This document shows, in pieces, positions 1 through 9,994 of a stretch of 64,000 bases of DNA. Origin of the DNA: Thermoproteota archaeon. GTDB taxonomy: Archaea; Korarchaeota; JAOZGF01; JAOZFZ01. The stretch covers positions 85,923 to 149,922 of the forward strand of contig JAOZFT010000035.1 of assembly GCA_027492035.1 (NCBI GenBank), in the 5' to 3' direction. The notes under the pieces are model-generated. The model searched no databases and was not told the origin of the DNA. It saw nothing but the letters and a program-made list of their open reading frames with translations. Each line of letters begins with the position of its first letter. Within the stretch, counting starts at the first letter, position 1. The position numbers and the translations under genes were made by a program.

Positions 1-78
1 TGGTTCCTTAATGACCTTTTCCAAGTTTAACTGGTAACCGTAAACTCCAGTATCTATGCTTTTCGACCCTACAATCAA
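1..78 (-). CDS. Partial CDS (N-terminus only, runs off the window edge); possibly a second acyl-CoA synthetase
   Basis: TTG at 78 opens MIVGSKSIDTGVYGYQLNLEKVIKEP to the edge; lies 11 nt downstream of the ligase gene; the YQLNL segment recalls AlkK-type ligase N-termini. Confidence 0.4.
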   Translation of the reverse strand, partial: MIVGSKSIDTGVYGYQLNLEKVIKEP

Positions 79-89
79 AGGGAAATTTT

Positions 90-1823
90 TCATTTTAAGC
101 CCTCTCCACCTCTCATTTTTCGGGCAGCTTCTTCCCTAAGTACTCTACGTAAAATTTTTCCAACCATGTTTTTCTTAAGCTGCTTCCTAAATTCCACTTT
201 CTTCGGTACTTTGAAAGGGGCCAATCTCACTTTGCACCAGTCGATAATATCTTTCTCGGTTGCTTTCGCTCCCTCCTTCAAAACAACATAAGCCTTAATT
301 ATTTGGCCTACAGTTTCAGTAGGCACTCCTACTACGCAGGCTTCTTTAACTGAAGGGTGACTATAAATAACGTTTTCGATTTCCTTTGGAAAAACAGAGT
401 ATCCCTTATATTTTATCATGTCTTTCTTTCTTTCCATTATATAAAGGAAACCTTCATCATCGAGTTTACCTATGTCTCCTGTTCTTAACCAAATTTTTCC
501 GTTTATCTCAACCAATGCTTCATTGTTTCTTTCAGGGTCGTTCAAGTACCCTTTCATTACTTGCGGCCCGTGTACAAGAATTTCACCTACTTCACCAAGT
601 TCAAGGAACTTGTTTTCTTCAGGATCCGCTATGGCCACAGTGGTTCCAGGTAAAGGAACGCCTGCAGTGCTTGGTTTCCTTAATTCTTTCCAGGGAGGAT
701 TAATACATACTGCAGGCCCTGCCTCTGTTAAACCGTAACCTTCAACAATAATTGAACCTGTCATTTCTTCAAATTTTCTTTGTACTTCACTCGGTAAAAC
801 ATCTGCAGCACAAATGCATACTTTCAACTTCTTTAAGTTGTACTTTTGAACTTTTCCGTAGTTAGCTAATAAATTATAAATGGTGGGTACCCCTGCAAAC
901 AAGGCTGCTTTATATTTACTTAATTTTTCTAAAACTTCTTTTGTTTCAAATTTTGGAAGCAGCACTACACTTATTCCACTGTACAAGGCTGTTAACAACT
1001 GTATACAGCCAAAACTGTGAAAAATAGGTAAAACCAAGACTGTGGATTCTTTTTTCTCGATTAAAGGCGGTAAAACCCATTTGTTGATCTGGATAACATT
1101 GGCTAAGACGTTGTAATGGGTAAGTAAAACCCCTTTAGGCGTACCTGTAGTTCCTCCAGTGAATAAAAGCAGTGCAACATCTTCTTTGGGATTATTTTTT
1201 AAAAAAACAGGTGTAGGTTTATTTTTAAGTAATTCATTGAAGAAATAAATGTTCCTTCCATGTTTAACTTTTCTAGTGGGTACTTTCCTAAACAGTTTAC
1301 CTAGGAAACCTTTAAATGGAGGAAGAAATTCTGTTAGACACGTATATATAACGCTGAGCTTCTGCTCCTTTTCTGAAATCTCTCTTTCCAAATTTTCCAC
1401 TTTATCTTCGAAAATATCCAGCGAAACCAAAAACTTTGCTTTAGATGCTTTAACTATATATTTAATTTCTCTTACTGTGTAAAGGGGGTTAATGGGTAAA
1501 ACTGCTCCTCCTGCCTTCAATACCCCAAACAAAGCTATAACAAATTGGGGACAGTTGGGAAGTAAAACGCCTACAACATCCCCTTTTTCCATGCCAAGTT
1601 TATCTTTTAAACCTGAAGCAAGCCTCCAAGCTAAGTCCTTTATCTCCAAATAAGAAATTTTCTTTCCAAAGAAATACACTGCAGGGAAATCTTTGTATTT
1701 TTCAGCTCCCTCCTCCAAAACGCTAAAAAGCGGTTTGTTTGGTACTTTAACGTCAGGAGTTGCGTTTCCTCCATACTTTGTCAACCAAGGTTTTGATTTA
1801 ATGTAGTCGGGAACTTTACTCAT
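90..1823 (-). CDS. fadD: Long-chain fatty acid-CoA ligase (AMP-binding, FadD-like)
   Basis: FTGGTTGTPKG P-loop, GYGLTE, RTGDIG and C-terminal GKILRR motifs. Confidence 0.9.
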   Translation of the reverse strand: MSKVPDYIKSKPWLTKYGGNATPDVKVPNKPLFSVLEEGAEKYKDFPAVYFFGKKISYLEIKDLAWRLASGLKDKLGMEKGDVVGVLLPNCPQFVIALFGVLKAGGAVLPINPLYTVREIKYIVKASKAKFLVSLDIFEDKVENLEREISEKEQKLSVIYTCLTEFLPPFKGFLGKLFRKVPTRKVKHGRNIYFFNELLKNKPTPVFLKNNPKEDVALLLFTGGTTGTPKGVLLTHYNVLANVIQINKWVLPPLIEKKESTVLVLPIFHSFGCIQLLTALYSGISVVLLPKFETKEVLEKLSKYKAALFAGVPTIYNLLANYGKVQKYNLKKLKVCICAADVLPSEVQRKFEEMTGSIIVEGYGLTEAGPAVCINPPWKELRKPSTAGVPLPGTTVAIADPEENKFLELGEVGEILVHGPQVMKGYLNDPERNNEALVEINGKIWLRTGDIGKLDDEGFLYIMERKKDMIKYKGYSVFPKEIENVIYSHPSVKEACVVGVPTETVGQIIKAYVVLKEGAKATEKDIIDWCKVRLAPFKVPKKVEFRKQLKKNMVGKILRRVLREEAARKMRGGEGLK

Positions 1824-1859
1824 TTACAACCTCTCCCTTTTTTCTTTTTTGAATTTCTT

Positions 1860-3017
1860 CTAAATGAAAATTTTACCAAGCAAGCTTTTCATCAAAATAT
1901 ACCTCTGCACTTCATTTGTTCCTTCCCCTATCTCCACTAACTTGGCGTCTCTGTAATATCTCTCTAGGTTGTTCTCTCTGCTGTAGCCGTAACCACCGAA
2001 AATTTGGATGGCGTTTCTAGTTATTTCAACAGTTTTCATAGCTGAATAAAGTTTAGCCATTGAAGCAAGTTTCACATATTCAAGGTCTCCTTTATCCTTT
2101 AACCAGGCTGCTTTATAAGTTAACAGTCTCATTATTTCGATATCCATAGCCATGTCTGTTAACATCCTTTGGATAGCCTGTCTTTTGATTAATGGTTTAC
2201 CGAAAGCTACTCTTTGTTTAGCGTACTTTAAAGATTCTTCATAGGCTGCTTGACTTAACCCTATACCAGCGGATGAAGCATAAATTCTGCTTTCGTCCAG
2301 TGAAAACATTGCTACACTGAATCCTTCATTTTTCTCCCCTATCAAGTTTTCTTTTGGTACGTGACAGCCTTTAAAAGTCACTTCAGCTGTTCCCGTTCCC
2401 CTGAAACCCATAACAGGTACTTTACGTGTTTCAACGTTTTCATCTCTCTCAACGATAAATGCTGAAATGCCCCTATGTTTATCCTCAACCTTACCTGTCC
2501 TGGCAAAAACTACAAAGAAATCAGCCACTAAACCAGCTGAAATAAATGTTTTAGTTCCTTCAATGACATATTCATCCCCCTGTTCCACAGCCTTTGTTTG
2601 TATTGAACCTGCATCACTTCCACAGCAAGGTTCGGTTAAAGCGAAAGCCCCAATAAATTTACCTTTAGCTATCCCGGTTAAATACTTCTCTTTCTGTTCT
2701 TCACTGCCAAATAAGGTTATAGGTAAAGACGTTAATGCTTCTATTCCTGATAACAGTCCCACTGAGCAACTCACTCTAGCCATTTCTTCACCCACGATCA
2801 CTGTGTCAAGTACGTTGAAACCTAGGCCTCCATATTTTTCAGGAATCCTTACTGCTGGATAACCCATTTTAACAAGTTTTTTATAAATTTCTAACGGGTA
2901 CTCATCTCTTTCATCTATTTCCCTAGCGTAAGGCTTAATTTCTTCCTCAGCAAACTCTCTAACAGCTTTTCTCAAAACTTTATGTTTAGTTTCAAATTCG
3001 AAATTCAATTTAAGCAA
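1860..3017 (-). CDS. Acyl-CoA dehydrogenase
   Basis: FALTEPCCGSDA, GTKTFIS, QIFGGYGY and EIGEGTNEVQR motifs; co-oriented with the ligase. Confidence 0.93.
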   Translation of the reverse strand: MLKLNFEFETKHKVLRKAVREFAEEEIKPYAREIDERDEYPLEIYKKLVKMGYPAVRIPEKYGGLGFNVLDTVIVGEEMARVSCSVGLLSGIEALTSLPITLFGSEEQKEKYLTGIAKGKFIGAFALTEPCCGSDAGSIQTKAVEQGDEYVIEGTKTFISAGLVADFFVVFARTGKVEDKHRGISAFIVERDENVETRKVPVMGFRGTGTAEVTFKGCHVPKENLIGEKNEGFSVAMFSLDESRIYASSAGIGLSQAAYEESLKYAKQRVAFGKPLIKRQAIQRMLTDMAMDIEIMRLLTYKAAWLKDKGDLEYVKLASMAKLYSAMKTVEITRNAIQIFGGYGYSRENNLERYYRDAKLVEIGEGTNEVQRYILMKSLLGKIFI

Positions 3018-3233
3018 CCTCAGCCTTGAATAAGTTTTTAAGCAATCAGGAATTTCTATTTTTTAAAAAACTTAATACAATATCCCCCTAAAGAAAAAGG
3101 TAAAGGAAAGAGTTTTTTATTCATTTCTTCCTCTATAACTTCATGGAACAGGGGGAGATGAATTAATGAACTTTAGAAAAGTTCTTTCCTTCATTAATCC
3201 CTAAAAACCTTTTTCTTCCAGTTTCAATTTTAG

Positions 3234-4028
3234 GTGGTGTTCTTTTTGGTTGCAGAAACGGCTTGGCGGGAATGGGTAATTACAGAAATTGACTTCACTA
3301 AGTTTTCCTGTGAAAAAAAGAAGGTTAGACTTGCAGTTGAGAAACCTTTAACTCTTTACATTAACGGTAAACATTACGCAACCTTTCTAGTTACTCCAAA
3401 TTTTGTAAAGGAACTGGTAATTGGCCACTTATTCTCTACAGGCGTAATTTCTTCTCTGCAAGACATTTCCTCTTTTCAACAAATTTCTTCAAAAGTAATG
3501 GTTGAACTGAAAAGAGGTAACCTGGCTGAAACCAAAAGAATTTACAAGTTGATATCTACTGCTTGTGGCGCAATAGGGAAGGAGTCACTAATAAACGAAA
3601 TTAAACTCCGTAAAATAAAATGCGAAAACTCTATAACTGTAGGAACAATTGTTGAAGTATACAAAGATGCAAACAAAAGGGCTGAAACACATAAATTAAC
3701 AGCAGGTACACATATAGCAGGTGCTTACACCCTTCAAGGCAAAAATGTTTTCTTTGTGGAAGACATAGGGAGACATAACGCCATAGATAAATTAATAGGG
3801 TTGACCATTACAAGGAAAAGGGAAGAAACTCCAATAATTGTCACTTCAGGCAGACCAACCATAGACCTGGTTTCAAAAATAGTAAGAACTAAAACTCCCT
3901 TCTTGATCTCTTTTTCTAGACCAACTCACAGAGCTTCAAAACTGGCTGAAGAAAAAAACTTAACCTTAATCACAATTAAAAAGAAAATTTATTTATTCAG
4001 CGGCAAAGAAAGGGTGGAAACAAACTAG
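3234..4028 (+). CDS. fdhD: Formate dehydrogenase accessory sulfurtransferase FdhD
   Basis: EKPLTLYING, LVIGHLFS, TAGTH, EDIGRHNAIDKLIG and TSGR motifs. Confidence 0.88.
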   Translation: MVFFLVAETAWREWVITEIDFTKFSCEKKKVRLAVEKPLTLYINGKHYATFLVTPNFVKELVIGHLFSTGVISSLQDISSFQQISSKVMVELKRGNLAETKRIYKLISTACGAIGKESLINEIKLRKIKCENSITVGTIVEVYKDANKRAETHKLTAGTHIAGAYTLQGKNVFFVEDIGRHNAIDKLIGLTITRKREETPIIVTSGRPTIDLVSKIVRTKTPFLISFSRPTHRASKLAEEKNLTLITIKKKIYLFSGKERVETN

Positions 4029-4270
4029 AAATCTTTATAAAACCGTCACTTTAATCCATAAACTTTATCCATTATTTATTGGGAAAATTTTGGAGAAAGA
4101 GGAGCTGGATCTTTCTAAATCATTTCAAATGTTCCTTTAAAGTTTCTACCCTCTTCTGTTGTTTGAAACAACTTTCTCTCTTAAAAAAGGAAATAATTTT
4201 ATAAAAAATAAAGGGACATTTCTCTCTTTACTTCCTTTACAAAACAACACTTCTGTAGAGGTGTCTCTTT

Positions 4271-5281
4271 TTGAAATTTTATAAAAACATGCTTGAACTT
4301 GTTGGTAATACTCCTATCATTAAGCTTCAAAAGATAACTAAAAAAGTAGACGCTAATATTTATGTTAAATGTGAATATTTCAACCCTAGTGGAAGCATAA
4401 AGGACAGGATAGCACTTAAAATGGTTGAAGAAGCTGAAAAAGAAGGTGAATTGAAAAAGGGAGGCGTAATTGTTGAAGTAACAAGCGGAAACACAGGGCC
4501 AGCACTGGCTTTTGTAGGGGCCGTTAAAGGATATAAAGTCCATATTTTCATCCCTTCACAATGGACAGGAACCTACAACCCGGAAGACAGAGTAAAAACG
4601 ATGAAAATATATGGTGCAAAAGTAACCCCTTTCCTAACTGAAAAATATGAAGAAATCTTCCAAGGCTTATCTGAAAACGAAGCAGCAGCAGCAACAATAG
4701 CTGTAGGATTGAAGGAATGCTATGAATTCGAAAAAAGAAATAATTTGGTGTGGTGGCCGAATCAACTCTGTAACAGAAACAATGTTTTAGCTCATAAAGA
4801 ATCAACAGGTAAAGAAATAATTGAACAACTTAACGGAGAAATTGATGCTTGGGTTGCTTCTGTAGGCACAGGCGGAACCTTACTTGGGGTGGCTGAGGCA
4901 TTAAAGGAAGAAATAGGAAACGTAAAAACAGTGGCTGTTGAACCTGAAGATGCAAGAGTTACAGAATGGGCTGAGAAAAAATTAATGAGTAAATTCATGA
5001 AACAACTTAATCTTCCACAAAGGAAATCAATAATGGAAATAGCTTTAGAAAAGGGGGTACCTGACAAGGTAATAAGAGTCAGTCATGAAGAAGCAAGAAA
5101 AATGGCTAACAAACTATGTAAAGAAGAAGGATTATTCTGTGGCATATCTTCCGGAGCAAATGTTTATGCAGCCTTGAAAGCAGCTAAGGAAATAGGTGAA
5201 GGAGCAAATATTGTAACTGTTCTAGTGGACAGCAGAGACAGGTACTTTCCTGAGTACCCAAACGAACAGTACACCATCTAA
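4271..5281 (+). CDS. PLP-dependent cysteine synthase / cystathionine beta-synthase family protein (divergent)
   Basis: GNTP, NPSGSIKDR (PLP lysine), TSGNTG, GTGGT and GISSGAN motifs. Confidence 0.85.
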   Translation: MKFYKNMLELVGNTPIIKLQKITKKVDANIYVKCEYFNPSGSIKDRIALKMVEEAEKEGELKKGGVIVEVTSGNTGPALAFVGAVKGYKVHIFIPSQWTGTYNPEDRVKTMKIYGAKVTPFLTEKYEEIFQGLSENEAAAATIAVGLKECYEFEKRNNLVWWPNQLCNRNNVLAHKESTGKEIIEQLNGEIDAWVASVGTGGTLLGVAEALKEEIGNVKTVAVEPEDARVTEWAEKKLMSKFMKQLNLPQRKSIMEIALEKGVPDKVIRVSHEEARKMANKLCKEEGLFCGISSGANVYAALKAAKEIGEGANIVTVLVDSRDRYFPEYPNEQYTI

Positions 5282-5613
5282 AACCTTATCCTTACAAAGT
5301 AATGCTCCAGATTTCTTTTCAGCAATTACTTCCTAAAAGAAATAAATCTAACCCTCTCCATTACTGAACTTGAAGGATAGAAGTCAATTCAAGCTACGAC
5401 TGAAAATCTTTACTATGCGCATTTTTAAAAAATAAAGCTGTCTTTCAGAAACTTAACAGGTTCCCATACTCAATATACTTAATGAATAATTGACAGGTAA
5501 TAGAGTCTGAAACAAAGAAAAGCAAAATTAAAAAATTTATCCCCCTTAATCTTTACGTAGAAAAAGTGAAAAATTCCTTTCTTTAAAGATTTATTAAAGG
5601 TTAAGGAAAAAGG

Positions 5614-7014
5614 TTGAAAACGGAGAAAGTAGAAATGAGTTTAGACCAAGAAATTATTTCTTCCTTTAAAAAACTTGGTTTAACAGAGTATGAAGCCAAG
5701 ACTTACTTAACTTTAGTTAAGAAAGCAGAAGCTTCTCCTTTAGAGATAACATTAGCTTCTAAAGTTCCTCAACCTAAAGTTTATACTTCCCTCAACTCTT
5801 TAGCAGCAAAAGGGTTAGTTGAAGTGGTTAGTGAGAGACCTAGAAAATGTAAAGCTGTAAACATAAGAGAAGCTGTCAGGAGGCTTTTTGAAAAAAAAAT
5901 AACTGAACTAGGTGAAAACGCCAAAAAAATAATTGAGAAAACAATTAAGGAGGAGTTAGAGGGAAAAATTCAGCCTCATGAAATATATAACTTAATAGGG
6001 GAGGCTGAAACAAAAAAGAAATTGATAGATATGCTATCCCTTGCAGAAAAAGAAGTTTTATTAGCAACTAAAAACTTAGAAATTCTTAGGTTTAAGAAAA
6101 TAAAGGATGTGCTTTCCAAGTTAGCAATGAAAGGGGTGGAATTTAAGGTTTTGGTTGAGTTCGACTCTTTAGATACAGAAACCCTTCTTTTTCTAAAAAA
6201 TTTTGGGACAAGAGTGGTTGATGTGTTGGAGGAACAGTCCCTTGTCACAGTTGATGGAAAGATAGCAATTACTACTTCGGTAATCGAAACTGGAATAGGG
6301 CCTTCGGTTTGGTTCTCAACCTTTACAACCTGTACTGAATGCGTAAAGGCTTATGTGCAGAAACTCAACTCTGCATGGCTTAAAGGTTCTAAACTTCCTC
6401 AAGAAACAAGGAATAAAGGAGTAAAAATAGCAGCTATAGTGCTTGCAGCAGGGAAACCAAGTTCAGAAAACAAAAACGTACTTCTTTATCCTTGGAGGAA
6501 CAAACCAGTAATTTGTCACGTAATAGAAGCATTAATGTTTTCTGATGTCGACGAAATAGTGGTAGTAACAGGTTATCAATCCAAAAAAATACAGAAGGTA
6601 ATAAATGAAAGATTTAGCAATGTTTCATTTGTTCATAATAAAAACTACGGTGAAGGGATGCTTTCCTCTTTTAAGAAGGGACTTGAAAAAGTTAAAGAGT
6701 CAGATGCTGTTCTTCTAATGCTTGGAGACCAACCCTTCATTGAACCATCAATAATAAACGAAATGATAAAGGAATTTAAACGAAATAAAGAAAAGAAAAA
6801 AGTCATAAACCCAGTGTTCAAAGGAAAAAGAGGACATCCTGTGCTTATCTCTTCCCATTTATATAAAGAAATACTGGGCACAAACAATAAGAAAACTGTA
6901 AGGGAAGTTTTAAACCAATACAAGGAGTCCACAGTACTAATTGAAGGGAAAGATTGGGTTTTAATGGATGTAAACACAATTAAAGACTTAGAAAAAGCCG
7001 AAAAAATAATTTAA
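5614..7014 (+). CDS. TrmB-family transcription regulator fused to a MocA/MobA-like NTP-transferase domain
   Basis: N-terminal LGLTEYEAKTY...VPQPKVYTSLNSLAAKGLV (TrmB wHTH); C-terminal AAIVLAAG, NYGEGMLSSFKKG, LGDQP, KRGHPV, DVNTIKD (MocA-like). Confidence 0.85.
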   Translation: MKTEKVEMSLDQEIISSFKKLGLTEYEAKTYLTLVKKAEASPLEITLASKVPQPKVYTSLNSLAAKGLVEVVSERPRKCKAVNIREAVRRLFEKKITELGENAKKIIEKTIKEELEGKIQPHEIYNLIGEAETKKKLIDMLSLAEKEVLLATKNLEILRFKKIKDVLSKLAMKGVEFKVLVEFDSLDTETLLFLKNFGTRVVDVLEEQSLVTVDGKIAITTSVIETGIGPSVWFSTFTTCTECVKAYVQKLNSAWLKGSKLPQETRNKGVKIAAIVLAAGKPSSENKNVLLYPWRNKPVICHVIEALMFSDVDEIVVVTGYQSKKIQKVINERFSNVSFVHNKNYGEGMLSSFKKGLEKVKESDAVLLMLGDQPFIEPSIINEMIKEFKRNKEKKKVINPVFKGKRGHPVLISSHLYKEILGTNNKKTVREVLNQYKESTVLIEGKDWVLMDVNTIKDLEKAEKII

Positions 7015-7017
7015 CCA

Positions 7018-7938
7018 TTAAAAAGCCTTCAATATAAATCCTTCATCGGTGATTTCGCACCTAATTCTTTCCTTGTTTTCCAGATAACTCACCATAGCTT
7101 TAACAGGTACTATTGTCAAATAAAACTGTAAAATACTCTTCTTCACCCCGTAACAGTTTAAAAGGTAAACAGTTAAGGAATCAACTCTGTTTACTCCTTT
7201 CTTAACTGCTGAAACAATTAATCTCTCCACTTCAAACACTCTAGAAACATTTAATTTAACCAAATTTTCTGCTTCATTTGCTTTAAGGGGGTAGCCGTGA
7301 CTGGGAACCACGATCTTAACTTTTTCGCCATTTAAATAATCCAAAATCTTTTTTAAACTGTTTAAATATTCTTCAGTGTTACTGTGGAAAGGTACACCAT
7401 ACTTAGAAAGAATGCTTTTTGAAAAGAAAGAGTCAGCAGCTAGAAAAACCTTTTTCGGAGTTAAAATCCCCACCTGGCCCAAAGAATGACCGGGAATAGA
7501 CACAACTTTCAATTTACTCCCTGAAAAATCCACATCTAATTCCTCAGCTTCATCAAGAAATAATTTGTTAGTAACCAAGGAAGGTTTAGCCAGTAATTCT
7601 CTTCCCTTTAACTCAACCAAAGGGTCAGCTAAACCATAAATGGCAAAGGGTTCAAAATATGGGTTCTCAATAAAGCAAGCCTCTTTGGCCTCAGAATAAA
7701 TTGAAGCATTAAATTTCCCCTGAAGATAACTATTCCCACCGATGTGGTCGCTGTGGTGGTGAGTGTTAAAAATAGAAACTTCAGAAAGGCCTAAATGATT
7801 TAGAACCTTAAATATCTTCCGTCCTCTCTCCTTGCCGCTGCCAGTATCTACAATAAGAGCTTTGGTCCCAGTTAAAGGAAAAACAAAGACATTAATAGCT
7901 CCTGGAAGCATTAAAACGTCTCTAATTTTTATGTACAA
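7018..7938 (-). CDS. MBL-fold metallo-hydrolase
   Basis: VDTG, THHHSDHIGG, PGHS and PSHG motifs. Confidence 0.88.
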   Translation of the reverse strand: MYIKIRDVLMLPGAINVFVFPLTGTKALIVDTGSGKERGRKIFKVLNHLGLSEVSIFNTHHHSDHIGGNSYLQGKFNASIYSEAKEACFIENPYFEPFAIYGLADPLVELKGRELLAKPSLVTNKLFLDEAEELDVDFSGSKLKVVSIPGHSLGQVGILTPKKVFLAADSFFSKSILSKYGVPFHSNTEEYLNSLKKILDYLNGEKVKIVVPSHGYPLKANEAENLVKLNVSRVFEVERLIVSAVKKGVNRVDSLTVYLLNCYGVKKSILQFYLTIVPVKAMVSYLENKERIRCEITDEGFILKAF

Positions 7939-8078
7939 AATAACCCACCATTAAACTTGTGAAAACAATTCTTTTAACACAGGCCAAAAATAAAAATATT
8001 TTTTAAAGGAAGTTCTGTAAAAGAGTTATGAATCAGTTTAAAAAGATTTAGAAAGAAAGGAAGGGTAAGGAGGAATCA

Positions 8079-8549
8079 ATGAAGAAAATTTATACCATTG
8101 GACACAGTAATAGAAGCCAAGAAGAATTCGTTCTCCTCTTGAAAACGTATAAAATAAAAAAAGTTGTAGATGTTAGAAGATTCCCAACAAGCAAAATTCA
8201 GTACTTTAATAAAGAAAATCTGCAAAAAATTCTTAAACGGGAAGGGATAAAGTATACTTACTTAGGTAACCAGCTAGGGGGATATAGGAAAGAAGGGTAC
8301 AGAGACTACATGGAAACTTCCATGTTCAAGGAAGGACTAAAAAAACTTGAAGAAACAGCTGAGAAAAGTGAAACAGCCATAATGTGCACTGAAAAGCTTC
8401 CATGGAAGTGCCACCGAAAACACATAAGCATGATGCTGCAGAAAAAGGGATGGGTAGTAACTCATATTATAGACAGGCAAAAAACATGGACACCTAAAAA
8501 GCCTGAAAATAAAAACTTAAATGATGAAACTCTAACAAACTTTCTTTAA
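8079..8549 (+). CDS. DUF488 domain protein
   Basis: IYTIGHSNR, DVRRFP, LGG and MCTE...CHR motifs. Confidence 0.85.
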   Translation: MKKIYTIGHSNRSQEEFVLLLKTYKIKKVVDVRRFPTSKIQYFNKENLQKILKREGIKYTYLGNQLGGYRKEGYRDYMETSMFKEGLKKLEETAEKSETAIMCTEKLPWKCHRKHISMMLQKKGWVVTHIIDRQKTWTPKKPENKNLNDETLTNFL

Positions 8550-8564
8550 ACCTCCTGGGCGCCT

Positions 8565-9014
8565 CTATTTCTCTTCAAGAATATACTTTTCGTTGTTTCG
8601 ATGTTCTCTCATTATACATTTACCCATTATTACAGTTAGTCCAGCTGAAACTGCCTTTTCAGCTGCTTTATCATCTCTTATTCCAAGCTGCATCCATATA
8701 ACATAAGGAGTCCCGTATTTCCTCCTCAACTTTATAGCTTGATTCACTATCGACATAACTTCTTCCGATGGCCTAAAAATATTTATAACCTCCAATCTTT
8801 TTTTCTTATTTTCTGGTAGGTCCAATATACTTCCATAACATTTCTCGCCTAATACTTCATCAGCAAAAGGATTAATTGGTATTACTTCATATCCCTTTGA
8901 TTTAAGGTAGGACGCAACTTGGAAACTGTCCTTTTCAGGGTTTCTAGATACACCTACAACTGCTATTGTCCTGTACTTTCTAAGCACATTCAAAATTGTT
9001 TCCCTTAAACTCAC
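8565..9014 (-). CDS. CoA-binding protein (YccU-like)
   Basis: IAVVGVS, GYEVIPINP, IFRP and WMQLGI motifs. Confidence 0.88.
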   Translation of the reverse strand: MSLRETILNVLRKYRTIAVVGVSRNPEKDSFQVASYLKSKGYEVIPINPFADEVLGEKCYGSILDLPENKKKRLEVINIFRPSEEVMSIVNQAIKLRRKYGTPYVIWMQLGIRDDKAAEKAVSAGLTVIMGKCIMREHRNNEKYILEEK

Positions 9015-9121
9015 ATTCCTCCCCTACTTAACTATAAAATTTAAGTTATGTATGTGAAAAGGAACACCTGAAAGGAACCCTTTTTAAAATTTCCTTCATG
9101 AAGCATCTCCCTAACTTATTT

Positions 9122-9745
9122 TTACAATGTTTCTTGGACGAACGAGTTCTCTTTCGGCAAAATCTCTTTTTTATAAAGGGTTAAGCAAGAATTGCAGCAG
9201 AAGTATAGTTCTCTGTCATCAACAACCAATTTAAGAGGTTCTTCCTTTATTTCCTTCCCGCAATATGTACATGAAACTTTAACTCCGAATCCTGGCCTTA
9301 ATTTCGGCCCGTAATCCTCTTTAAGTGTTTTAACAACCACAAATGTGTTAACAGTCTCAATTCCTTCTATTTTACTCAATTTATTCCTCAAAAACTCTTG
9401 GTAACCGGAGAAACTAGGTGTTGAAACTTTGAGGATTAAATCGAAAGATCCACTAGTCATATATAAACCGGTAACGTCCTCTATTCTGAGAATATCCTTA
9501 ATAGCTTTGTTCATTAATGACACCTTTGTTTTTAACCCTATAAAGAAAGTTAATCCACCAATAAGTTTTTCAGGGTCTATTTCTACCGTGAAACCTTTAA
9601 TTACACCGAGAGATCTCAATTTTCTAACCCTATTCTTTACAGTAGGTAAGCTGACACCTGTCTTTTCAGCGATTTTTGAGAAACTCATCCTGGCATCTTT
9701 CTGTAAGAGAATCATTATCTCTATATCTAAATTATCAAGTATCAA
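9122..9745 (-). CDS. Lrp/AsnC regulator with C-terminal TRASH domain (CopR-like copper regulator)
   Basis: LDNLD...DARMSF...IA HTH, AsnC RAM domain, CTYCGKEI...FCCNSC; divergent from copA. Confidence 0.88.
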   Translation of the reverse strand: MILDNLDIEIMILLQKDARMSFSKIAEKTGVSLPTVKNRVRKLRSLGVIKGFTVEIDPEKLIGGLTFFIGLKTKVSLMNKAIKDILRIEDVTGLYMTSGSFDLILKVSTPSFSGYQEFLRNKLSKIEGIETVNTFVVVKTLKEDYGPKLRPGFGVKVSCTYCGKEIKEEPLKLVVDDRELYFCCNSCLTLYKKEILPKENSFVQETL

Positions 9746-9994
9746 AACGGCTTCAACTCCTCATGAGGGAAAAGCTGGAAAAGACAAAATAAGTTCCTTA
9801 TATATCTCTCTTTCGTTATTGAAAAAAAGTTCCCCTTTTTTTTCAAAAAAATAAATTTTTCTACTTCGGAAAATTATATAAAAAAGGTTTTTTTCTCCTT
9901 TATTCTTCAGAAACTGAAAAGGAAGATTTTTAATCAGTAAAACACCTGTAGTAACTGGCGTAAAAGTAAACAAGGAATACTTAGAGGTAAAAAG

